Shown in pieces: positions 39,301 to 51,600 of a stretch of 64,000 nt of DNA. The notes beneath the pieces are model-generated. The model made no database searches and was not told the DNA's origin. It saw only the letters and a list, made by a program, of their open reading frames with translations. Numbering within the stretch: the stretch's first letter is position 1; every line of letters begins with the position of its first letter. The position numbers and the translations under genes are program-made. The stretch is from the human T2T-CHM13v2.0 reference genome, Homo sapiens: the NCBI RefSeq assembly GCF_009914755.1, contig NC_060944.1, one strand, 5' to 3'.

Positions 39301-42300
39301 ATGCTGCTGTCTGCTTTTTATACCTTATCACGTTTCCAACGAAATCCTCAAATCTAGCCAAATATCCACTTGCAGACTCCACAAAAAGAGTGTTTCAAAA
39401 CTGTACTGTCAAAAGAAATATTCAACTCTGTTAGTTGAGGACACACATCAGAGACTAGCTTCTGAGAATAGTTCTGTCCAGTTGTTAAGGGAAGATATTT
39501 CCTTTTTCAACATAGGCCTGAAACCGCTTCAAATGTCCACTTCCAGATACTGCAAAGAGAGTGTTTCAAACCTTCTCTACGAAAGGGCATGTTCTCCTCT
39601 GTGACGTCAATGCAAACATCCCAAAGAAGTTTCTGAGAATGCTTCTGTCTGGATTTTATGTGAAGACAATCCCGTTTCCAACGAAATCCTCAAAGCTATG
39701 CAAATATGCTCCTGCAGATTCTACAAAAAGAGTGTTTCAAAACTGCTCTAGGAAAAGAAAAGTTCGACTCTGTTAGTAGAGGGCACACATCACAAACAAG
39801 TTGCCGAGAATGCTTCTGTCTGGTTTTTATGGGAAGATATTTCCTTTTCCAACCCAAGCCTGAATGCGCTCCAAATGGACACTTCCAGATACGACAAAAG
39901 GAGGGTTTCAAACGTGTTCTATGAAAGGGAACGTTCCATTCTGTGACATGAATGCAAACATCACCAAGTAGTTTCTCAGAACGCTGCTGTCTGCTTTTTA
40001 TATGTATTCCCGTTTCCAACGAAATCGTCAAAGCCAGCCAAATATCCACTTGCAGGTTCCACAGAAAGAGTGTTTCAAAACTGCTCTCTCAAAAGACATG
40101 TTCAACTCTGTCAGTTGAGGACACACATCACAAATAAATTTCTGAGAATGCTTCTGTCTAGTTTTTATGGGAAGATATTTCCTTTTTCACCATAGGCCTC
40201 AAAGCGCTCCCCATGTCCACTTCCAGGGAATGGAAAAAGAGTGTTTCCAACCTACTGTATGAAAGCCAATGTTCAACTCCGTGACTTGAATGCAACCATC
40301 ACAAGGAAGTTTCTGAGAACGCTTCTGTCTAGATTTTATATGAAGATATTCCCGTTTCCAACGAAATCTTTAAGCTATCGAAATATCCACTTTGAGATTC
40401 TACAAAAAGAGTGTTTCAAAACTGCTCTATCAAAAGAAAGGTTCTACTCCGTCAGTTGAGGACACACATCACGAGTAAGTTTCTGACACTGCTTCTGTCT
40501 AGTTTTTATGGGAAGATATGTCCTTTTTCACCTTAGTCCGGAAAACGCTCCAAAAGTCCAGTTACAGACACTACAAAAAGAGTGTTTCAAACCTGCTCTG
40601 TGAAAGGGAATGTTCAATTCTGTGACTTGAATGCAAACATCACAAAGAAGTTGCTGAGAATGCTGCTGTCTGCTTTTTATACCTTATCACGTTTCCAACG
40701 AAATCCTCAAATCTAGCCAAATATCCACTTGCAGACTCCACAAAAAGAGTGTTTCAAAACTGTACTGTCAAAAGAAATGTTCAACTCTGTTAGTTGAGGA
40801 CACACATCAGAGACTAGCTTCTGAGAATGCTTCTGTCCAGTTGTTACGGGAAGATATTTCCTTTTTCAACATAGGCCTGAAACCGCTTCAAATGTCCACT
40901 TCCAGATACTGCAAAGAGAGTGTTTCAAACCTTCTCTACGAAAGGGCATGTTCTCCTCTGTGACGTCAATGCAAACATCCCAAAGAAGTTTCTGAGAATG
41001 CTTCTGTCTGGATTTTATCTGAAGACAATCCCGTTTCCACCGAAATCCTCAAAGCTATGCAAATATGCTCCTGCAGATTCTACAAAAAGAGTGTTTCAAA
41101 ACTACTCTAGGAAAAGAAAGGTTCGACTCTGTTAGTAGAGGGCACACATCACAAACAAGTTGCCGAGAATGCTTCTGTCTGGTTTTTATCGGAAGATATT
41201 TCCTTTTCCAACACAAGCCTGAATGCGCTCCAAATGGACACTTCCAGATACGACAAAAGGAGTGTTTGAAAGCTGTTCTATGAAAGGGAACGTTCCATTC
41301 TGTGACTTGAATGCAAACATCACCAAGTAGTTTCTCAGAACGCTGCTGTCTGCTTTTTATATGTATTCCCGTTTCCAACGAAATCGTCAAACCCAGCCAA
41401 ATATCCACTTGCAGGTTCCACAGAAAGAGTGTTTCAAAACTGCTCTCTCAAAAGACACGTTCAACTCTGTCAGTTGAGGACACACATCACAAAGAAGTTT
41501 CTGAGAATGCTTCTGTCTAGTTTTTATGGGAAGATATTTCCTTTTTCACCATAGGCCTCAAAGCGCTCCACATGTCCACTTCCAGGGAATGGAAAAAGAG
41601 TGTTTCCAACCTGATCTATGAAAGCGAATGTTCAACTCCGTGACTTGAATGCAACCATCACAAGGAAGTTTCTGAGAACGCTTCTGTCTAGATTTTATAT
41701 GAAGATATTCCCGTTTTCAACGAAATCCTCAAAGCTATCCAAATATCCACTTGGAGATTCTACAAAAAGAGTGTTTCAAAACTGCTCTATCAAAAGAAAG
41801 GTTCTACTCCGTCAGTTGAGGACACACATCATGAGTAAGTTTCTGAGAATGCTTCTGTCTAGTTTTTATGGGAAGATATGTCCTTTTTCACCTTAGGCCG
41901 GAATGCGCTACAAAAGTCCAGTTACAGACACTACAAAAAGAGTGTTTCTAACTTGCTCTGTGAAAGGGAATGTTCAATTCTGTGACTTGAATGCAAACAT
42001 CACAAAGAAGTTGCTGAGAATGCTGCTGTCTGCTTTTTATACCTTATCCCGTTTCCAACGAAATCCTCAAATCTAGCCAAATATCCACTTGCAGACTCCA
42101 CAAAAAGAGTGTTTCAAAACTGTACTGTCAAAAGAAATGTTCAACTCTGTTAGTTGAGGACACACATCAGAGACTAGCTTCTGAGAATGCTTCTGTCCAG
42201 TTGTTACGGGAAGAAATTTCCTTTTTCAACATAGGCCTGAAACCGCTTCAAATGTCCACTTCCAGATACTGCAAAGAGAGTGTTTCAAACCTTCTCTACG

Positions 42301-43639
42301 AAAGGGCATATTCTCCTCTGTGACGTCATTGCAAACATCCCCAAGAAGTTTCTGAGAATGCTTCTGTCTGGATTTTATGTGAAGACAATCCCGTTTCCAA
42401 CGAAATCCTCAAAGCTATGCAAATATGCTCCTGCAGATTCTACAAAAAGAGTGTTTCAAAACTGCTCTAGGAAAAGAAAGGTTCGACTCTGTTAGTAGAG
42501 GTCACACATCACAAACAAGTTGCCGAGAATGCTTCTGTCTGGTTTTTATGGGAAGATATTTCCTTTTCCAAGACAAGCTTGAATGTGCTCCAAATGGACA
42601 CTTCCAGATACGACAAAAGGAGGGTTTCAAACGTGTTCTATGAAGGGGAACGTTCCATTCTGTGACATGAATGCAAACATCACCAAGTAGTTTCTCAGAA
42701 CGCTGCTGTCTGCTTTTTATATGTATTCCCGTTTGCAAGGAAATCGTCAAAGCCAGCCAAATATCCACTTGCAGGTTCCACAGAAAGAGTGTTTCAAAAC
42801 TGCTATCTCAAAAGACATGTTCAACTCTGTCAGTTGAGGACACACATCACAAATAAATTTCTGAGAATGCTTCTGTCTAGTTTTTATGGGAAGATATTTC
42901 CTTTTTCACCATAGGCCTCAAAGCGCTCCACATGTCCACTTCCAGGGAATGGAAAAAGAGTGTTTCCAACCTGCTCTATGAAAGCGAATGTTCAACTCCG
43001 TGACTTGAATGCAACCATCACAAGGAAGTTTCTGAGAATGCTTCTGTCTAGATTTTATATGAAGATATTCCCGTTTCCAACGAAATCCTCAAAGCTATCC
43101 AAATATCCACTTTGAGATTCTACAAAAAGAGTGTTTCAAAACTGCTCTATCAAAACAAAGGTTCTACTCTGTCAGTTGAGGACACACATAACGAGTAAGT
43201 TTCTGAGAATGCTTCTGTCTAGTTTTTATGGGAAGATATGTCCTTTTTCACCTTAGGCCGGAAAACGCTCCAAAAGTCCAGTTACAGACACTTCAAAAAG
43301 AGTGTTTCAAACCTGCTCTGTGAAAGGGAATGTTCAATTCTGTGACTTGAATGCAAACATCACAAAGAAGTTGCTGAGAATGCTGCTGTCTGCTTTTTAT
43401 ACCTTATCCCGTTTCCAACGAAATCCTCAAACATAGCCAAATATCCACTTGCAGACTCCACAAAAAGAGAGTTTCAAAACTGTACTCTCCAAAGAAATGT
43501 TCAACTCTGTTAGTTGAGGACACATATCAGAGACTAGCTTCTGAGAATACTTCTGTCCAGTTGTTACGGGAAGATATTTCCTTTTTCAACATAGGCCTGA
43601 AACCGCTTCAAATGTCCACTTCCAGATACTGCAAAGAGA

Positions 43640-45507
43640 GTGTTTCAAACCTTCTCTACGAAAGGGCATGTTCTCCTCTGTGACGTCAATGCAAACATCC
43701 CAAAGAAGTTTCTGAGAATGCTTCTGTCTGGATTTTATCTGAAGACAATCCCGTTTCCAACGAAATCCTCAAAGCTATGCAAATATGCTCCTGCAGATTC
43801 TACAAAAAGAGTGTTTCAAAACTGCTCTAGGAAAAGAAAGGTTCGACTCTGTTAGTAGAGGGCACACATCACAAACAAGTTGCCGAGAATGCTTCTGTCT
43901 GGTTTTTATGGGAAGATATTTCCTTTTCCAATACAAGCCTGAATGCGCTCCAAATGGACACTTCCAGACACGACAAAAGGAGTGTTTCAAACCTGTTCTA
44001 TGAAAGGGAACGTTCCATTCTGTGAGTTGAATGCAAACATCACCAAGTAGTTTCTCAGAACGCTGCTGTCTGCTTTTTATATGTATTCCCGTTTCCAACG
44101 AAATCGTCAAAGCCAGCCAAATATCCACTTGCAGGTTCCACAGAAAGAGTGTTTCAAAACTGCTCTCTCAAAAGACATGTTCAACTCTGTCAGTTGAGGA
44201 CACACATCACAAAGAAGTTTCTGAGAATGCTTCTGTCTGGATTTTATCTGAAGACAATCCCGTTTCCAACGAAATCCTCAAAGCTATGCAAATATGCTCC
44301 TGCAGATTCTACAAAAAGAGTGTTTCCAAACTGCTCTAGGAAAAGAAAGGTTCGACTCTGTTAATAGAGGGCACACATCACAAACAAGTTGCCGAGAATG
44401 CTTCTGTCTGGTTTTTATGGGAAGATATTTACTTTTCCAATACAAGCCTGAATGCGCCCCAAATGGACAGTTCCAGACACGACAAAAGGAGTGTTTCAAA
44501 CCTGTTCTATGAAAGGGAACGTTCCATTCTGTGACTTGAATGCAAACATCACCAAGTAGTTTCTCAGAACGCTGCTGTCTGATTTTTATATGTATTCCCG
44601 TTTCCAACGAAATCGTCAAAGCCAGCCAAATATCCACTTGCAGGTTCCACAGAAAGAGTGTTTCAAAACTGCTCTCTCAAAAGACATGTTCAACTCTGTC
44701 AGTTGAGGACACACATCACAAAGAAGTTTCTGAGAATGCTTCTGTCTAGTTTTTATGGGAAGATATTTCCTTTTTCACCATTGGCCTCAAAGCGCTCCAC
44801 ATGTACACTTCCAAGGAATGGAAAAAGAGTGTTTCCAACCTGCTCTATGAAAGCGAATGTTCAACTCCGTGACTTGAATGCAACCATCACAAGGAAGTTT
44901 CTGAGAATGCTTCTGTCTAGATTTTATAGGAAGATATTCCCGTTTCCAACGAAATCCTCAAAGCTATCCAAATATCCACTTTGAGATTCTGCAAAAAGAG
45001 TGTTTCAAAACTGCTCTATCAAAACAAAGGTTTTACTCCGTCAGTTGAGGACACACATCACGAGTAAGTTTCTGAGAATGCTTCTGTCTAGTTTTTATGG
45101 GAAGATATGTCCTTTTTCACCTTAGGCCGGAAAACGCTCCAAAAGTCCAGTTACAGACACTTTAAAAAGAGTGTTTCAAACCTGCTCTGTGAAAGGGAAT
45201 GTTCAATTCTGTGACTTGAATGCAAACATCAGAAAGAAGTTGCTGAGAATGCTGCTGTCTGTTTTTATACCTTATCCCGTTTCCAACGAAATCCTCAAAT
45301 CTAGCCAAATATCCACTTGCAGACTCCACAAAAAGAGTGTTTCAAAACTGTACTCTCCAAAGAAATGTTCAACTCTGTTAGTTGAGGACACACATCAGAG
45401 ACTAGCTTCTGAGAATACTTCTGTCCAGTTGTTACGGGAAGATATTTCCTTTTTCAACATAGGCCTGAAACCGCTTCAAATGTCCACTTCCAGATACTGC
45501 AAAGAGA
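43640..45507 (-). repeat. 11-mer variant HOR (1868 bp), f/c hybrid junction
   Basis: Anchor spacing is 1868 and the internal repeat offset is 509 (43785 vs 44294). The junction is at ~44208-44238. Confidence 0.9.
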
Positions 45508-45659
45508 GTGTTTCAAACCTTCTCTACGAAAGGGCATGTTCTCCTCTGTGACGTCAATGCAAACATCCCAAAGAAGTTTCTGAGAATGCTTCTGTCTGGA
45601 TTTTATCTGAAGACAATCCCGTTTCCAACGAAATCCTCAAAGCTATGCAAATATGCTCC

Positions 45660-48600
45660 TGCAGATTCTACAAAAAGAGTGTTTGAAAACTGCTCTAGGA
45701 AAAGAAAAGTTCGACTCTGTTAGTAGAGGGCACACATCACAAACAAGTTGCCGAGAATGCTTCTGTCTGGTTTTTATGGGAAGATATTTCCTTTTCCAAC
45801 ACAAGCCTGAATGCACTCCAAATGGACACTTCCAGATACGACAAAAGGAGGGTTTCAAACGTGTTCTATGAAAGGGAACGTTCCATTCTGTGACATGAAT
45901 GCAAACATCACCAAGTAGTTTCTCAGAACGCTGCTGTCTGCTTTTTATATGTATTCCCGTTTCCAACGAAATCGTCAAAGCCAGCCAAATATCCACTTGC
46001 AGGTTCCACAGAAAGAGTGTTTCAAAACTGCTCTCTCAAAAGACATGTTCAACTCTGTCAGTTGAGGACACACATCACAAAGAAGTTTCTGAGAATGCTT
46101 CTGTCTATTTTTTATGGGAAGATATTTCCTTTTTCACCATAGGCCTCAAAGCGCTCCACATGTACACTTCCAAGGAATGGAAAAAGAGTGTTTCCAACCT
46201 GCTCTATGAAAGCGAATGTTCAACTCCGTGACTTGAATGCAACCATCACAAGGAAGTTTCTGAGAATGCTTCTGTCTAGATTTTATATGAAGATATTCCC
46301 GTTTCCAACGAAATCCTCAAAGCTATCCAAATATCCACTTGGAGATTCTACAAAAAGAGTGTTTCAAAACTGCTCTATCAAAAGAAAGGTTCTACTCCGT
46401 CAGTTGAGGACACACATCACGAGTAAGTTTCTGACAATGCTTCTGTCTAGTTTTTATGGGAAGATATGTCCTTTTTCACCTTAGGCCGGAAAGCGCTCCA
46501 AAAGTCCGGATACAGACACTACAAAAAGAGTGTTTCAAACCTGCTCTGTGAAAGGGAATGTTCAATTCTGTGACTTGAATGCAAACAACACAAAGAAGTT
46601 GCTGAGAATGCTGCTGTCTGCTTTTTTACCTTATCCCGTTTCCAACGAAATCCTCAAATCTAGCCAAATATCCACTTGCAGACTCCACAAAAAGAGTGTT
46701 TCAAAACTATACTCTCCAAAGAAATGTTCAACTCTGTTAGTTGAGGACACACATCAGAGACTAGCTTCTGAGAATGCTTCTGTCCAGTTGTTACGGGAAG
46801 ATATTTCCTTTTTCAACATAGGCCTGAAACCGCTTCAAATGTCCACTTCCAGATACTGCAAAGAGAGTGTTTCAAACCTTCTCTACGAAAGGGCATGTTC
46901 TCCTCTGTGACGTCAATGCAAACATCCCAAAGAAGTTTCTGAGAATGCTTCTGTCTGGATTTTATCTGAAGACAATCCCGTTTCCAACGAAATCCTCATA
47001 GATATGCAAATATGCTCCTACAGATTCTACAAAAAGAGTGTTTCAAAACTGCTCTATGAAAAGAAAGGTTCGACTCTGTTAGTAGAAGGCACACATCACA
47101 AACAAGTTGCCGAGAATGCTTCTGTCTGGTTTTTATGGGAAGATATTTCCTTTTCCAACTCAAGCCTGAATGCTCTCCAAATGGACACTTCCAGATACGA
47201 CAAAAGGAGTGTTTCAAACCTGTTCTGTGAAAGGGAACGTTCCATTCTGTGACTTGAATGCAAACATCAACAAGTAGTTTCTCAGAACGCTGCTGTCTGC
47301 TTTTTATATGTATTCCCATTTCCAACGAAATCGTCAAAGCCAGCCAAATATCCACTTGCAGGTTCCACAAAAAGAGTGTTTCAAAACTGCTCTCTCAAAA
47401 GATATGTTCAACTCTGTCAGTTGAGGACACACATCACAAAGAAGTTTCTGAGAATGCTTCTGTCTAGTTTTTAAGGGAAGATATTTCCTTTTTCACCATA
47501 GGCCTCAAAGCGCTCCAAATGTCCACTTCCAGGGAATGGAAAAAGAGTGTTTCCAAACTGCTCTATGAAAGCCAATGTTCAACTCCGTGACTTGAATGCA
47601 ACCATCACAAGGAAGTTTCTGAGAATGCTTCTGTCTAGATTTTGTATGAAGATATTCCCGTTTCCAACGAAATCCTCAAAGCTATCCAAATATCCACTTT
47701 GAGATTCTACAAAAAGAGTGTTTCAAAACTGCTCTATCAAAACAAAGGTTCTACTCTGTCAGTTGAGGACACACATAAAGAGTAAGTTTCTGAGAATGCT
47801 TCTGTCTAGTTTTTATGGGAAGATATGTCCTTTTTCACCTTAGGCCGGAAAACGCTCCAAAAGTCCAGTTACAGACACTTCAAAAAGAGTGTTTCAAACC
47901 TGCTCTGTGAAAGGGAATGTTCAATTCTGTGACTTGAATGCAAACATCACAAAGAAGTTGCTGAGAATGCTGCTGTCTGCTTTTTATACCTTATCCCGTT
48001 TCCAACGAAATCCTCAAACATAGCCAAATATCCACTTGCAGACTCCACAAAAAGAGTGTTTCAAAACTGTACTCTCCAAAGAAATGTTCAACTCTGTTAG
48101 TTGAGGACACATATCAGAGACTAGCTTCTGAGAATACTTCTGTCCAGTTGTTACGGGAAGATATTTCCTTTTTCAACATAGGCCTGAAACCGCTTCAAAT
48201 GTCCACTTCCAGATACTTCAAAGAGAGTGTTTCAAACCTTCTCTACGAAAGGGCATGTTCTCCTCTGTGACGTCAATGCAAACATCCCAAAGATGTTTCT
48301 GAGAATGCTTCTGTCTGGATTTTATCTGAAGACAATCCCGTTTCCAACGAAATCCTCAAAGATATGCAAATATGCTCCTGCAGATTCTACAAAAAGAGTG
48401 TTTCAAAACTGCTCTAGGAAAAGAAAGGTTCGACTCTGTTAGTAGAGGGCACACATCACAAACAAGTTGCCGAGAATGCTTCTGTCTGGTTTTTATGGGA
48501 AGATATTTCCTTTTCCAATACAAGCCTGAATGCGCTCCAAATGGACACTTCCAGACACGACAAAAGGAGTGTTTCAAACCTGTTCTATGAAAGGGAACGT

Positions 48601-51600
48601 TCCATTCTGTGAGTTGAATGCAAACATCACCAAGTAGTTTCTCAGAACGCTGCTGTCTGCTTTTTATATGTATTCCCGTTTCCTAACGAAATCGTCAAAG
48701 CCAGCCAAATATCCACTTGCAGGTTCCACAGAAAGAGTGTTTCAAAACTGCTCTCTCAAAAGACATGTTCAACTCTGTCAGTTGAGGACACACATCACAA
48801 AGAAGTTTCTGAGAATGCTTCTGTCTATTTTTTATGGGAAGATATTTCCTTTTTCACCATAGGCCTCAAAGCGCTCCACATGTACACTTCCAAGGAATGG
48901 AAAAAGAGTGTTTCCAACCTGCTCTATGAAAGCGAATGTTCAACTCCGTGACTTGAATGCAACCATCACAAGGAAGTTTCTGAGAATGCTTCTGTCTAGA
49001 TTTTATATGAAGATATTCCCGTTTCCAACGAAATCCTCAAAGCTATCCAAATATCCACTTGGAGATTCTACAAAAAGAGTGTTTCAAAACTGCTCTATCA
49101 AAACAAAGGTTCTACTCTGTCAGTTGAGGACACACATAACGAGTAAGTTTCTGAGAATGCTTCTGTCTAGTTTTTATGGGAAGATATGTCCTTTTTCACC
49201 TTAGGCCGGAAAACGCTCCAAAAGTCCAGTTACAGACACTTCAAAAAGAGTGTTTCAAACCTGCTCTGTGAAAGGGAATGTTCAATTCTGTGACTTGAAT
49301 GCAAACATCACGAAGAAGTTGCTGAGAATGCTGCTGTCTGCTTTTTATACCTTATCCCGTTTCCAACGAAATCCTCAAACATAGCCAAATATCCACTTGC
49401 AGACTCCACAAAAACAGTGTTTCAAAACTGTACTCTCCAAAGAAATGTTCAACTCTGTTAGTTGAGGACACACATCAGAGACTAGCTTCTGAGAATACTT
49501 CTGTCCAGTTGTTACGGGAAGATATTTCCTTTTCCAACATAGGCCTGAAACCGCTTCAAATGTCCACTTCCAGATACTGCAAAGAGAGTGTTTCAAACCT
49601 TCTCTACGAAAGGGCATGTTCTCCTCTGTGACGTCAATGCAAACATCCCAAAGAAGTTTCTGAGAATGCTTCTGTCTGGATTTTATCTGAAGACAATCCC
49701 GTTTCCAACGAAATCCTCAAAGCTATGCAAATATGCTCCTGCAGATTCTACAAAAAGAGTGTTTCAAAACTGCTCTAGGAAAAGAAAGGTTCGACTCTGT
49801 TAGTAGAGGGCACACATCACAAACAAGTTGCCGAGAATGCTTCTGTCTGGTTTTTATGGGAAGATATTTCCTTTTCCAATACAAGCCTGAATGCGCTCCA
49901 AATGGACACTTCCAGACACGACAAAAGGAGTGTTTCAAACCTGTTCTATGAAAGGGAACGTTCCATTCTGTGAGTTGAATGCAAACATCACCAAGTAGTT
50001 TCTCAGAACGCTGCTGTCTGCTTTTTATATGTATTCCCGTTTCCAACGAAATCGTCAAAGCCAGCCAAATATCCACTTGCAGGTTCCACAGAAAGAGTGT
50101 TTCAAAACTGCTCTCTCAAAAGACATGTTCAACTCTGTCAGTTGAGGACACACATCACAAAGAAGTTTCTGAGAATGCTTCTGTCTATTTTTTATGGGAA
50201 GATATTTCCTTTTTCACCATAGGCCTCAAAGCGCTCCACATGTACACTTCCAAGGAATGGAAAAAGAGTGTTTCCAACCTGCTCTATGAAAGCGAATGTT
50301 CAACTCCGTGACTTGAATGCAACCATCACAAGGAAGTTTCTGAGAATGCTTCTGTCTAGATTTTATATGAAGATATTCCCGTTTCCAACGAAATCCTCAA
50401 AGCTATCCAAATATCCACTTGGAGATTCTACAAAAAGAGTGTTTCAAAACTGCTCTATCAAAAGAAAGGTTCTACTCCGTCAGTTGAGGACACACATCAC
50501 GAGTAAGTTTCTGACAATGCTTCTGTCTAGTTTTTATGGGAAGATATGTCCTTTTTCACCTTAGGCCGGAAAGCGCTCCAAAAGTCCGGATACAGACACT
50601 ACAAAAAGAGTGTTTCAAACCTGCTCTGTGAAAGGGAATGTTCAATTCTGTGACTTGAATGCAAACAACACAAAGAAGTTGCTGAGAATGCTGCTGTCTG
50701 CTTTTTTACCTTATCCCGTTTCCAACGAAATCCTCAAATCTAGCCAAATATCCACTTGCAGCCTCCACAAAAAGAGTGTTTCAAAACTATACTCTCCAAA
50801 GAAATGTTCAACTCTGTTAGTTGAGGACACACATCAGAGACTAGCTTCTGAGAATGCTTCTGTCCAGTTGTTACGGGAAGATATTTCCTTTTTCAACATA
50901 GGCCTGAAACCGCTTCAAATGTCCACTTCCAGATACTGCAAAGAGAGTGTTTCAAACCTTCTCTATGAAAGGGCATGTTCTCCTCTGTGACGTCAATGCA
51001 AACATCCCAAAGAAGTTTCTGAGAATGCTTCTGTCTGGATTTTATCTGAAGACAATCCCGTTTCCAACGAAATCCTCATAGATATGCAAATATGCTCCTA
51101 CAGATTCTACAAAAAGAGTGTTTCAAAACTGCTCTATGAAAAGAAAGGTTCGACTCTGTTAGTAGAAGGCACACATCACAAACAAGTTGCCGAGAATGCT
51201 TCTGTCTGGTTTTTATGGGAAGATATTTCCTTTTCCAACTCAAGCCTGAATGCTCTCCAAATGGACACTTCCAGATACGACAAAAGGAGTGTTTCAAACC
51301 TGTTCTGTGAAAGGGAACGTTCCATTCTGTGACTTGAATGCAAACATCACCAAGTAGTTTCTCAGAACGCTGCTGTCTGCTTTTTATATGTATTCCCATT
51401 TCCAACGAAATCGTCAAAGCCAGCCAAATATCCACTTGCAGGTTCCACAAAAAGAGTGTTTCAAAACTGCTCTCTCAAAAGATATGTTCAACTCTGTCAG
51501 TTGAGGACACACATCACAAAGAAGTTTCTGAGAATGCTTCTGTCTAGTTTTTAAGGGAAGATATTTCCTTTTTCACCATAGGCCTCAAAGCCCTCCAAAT

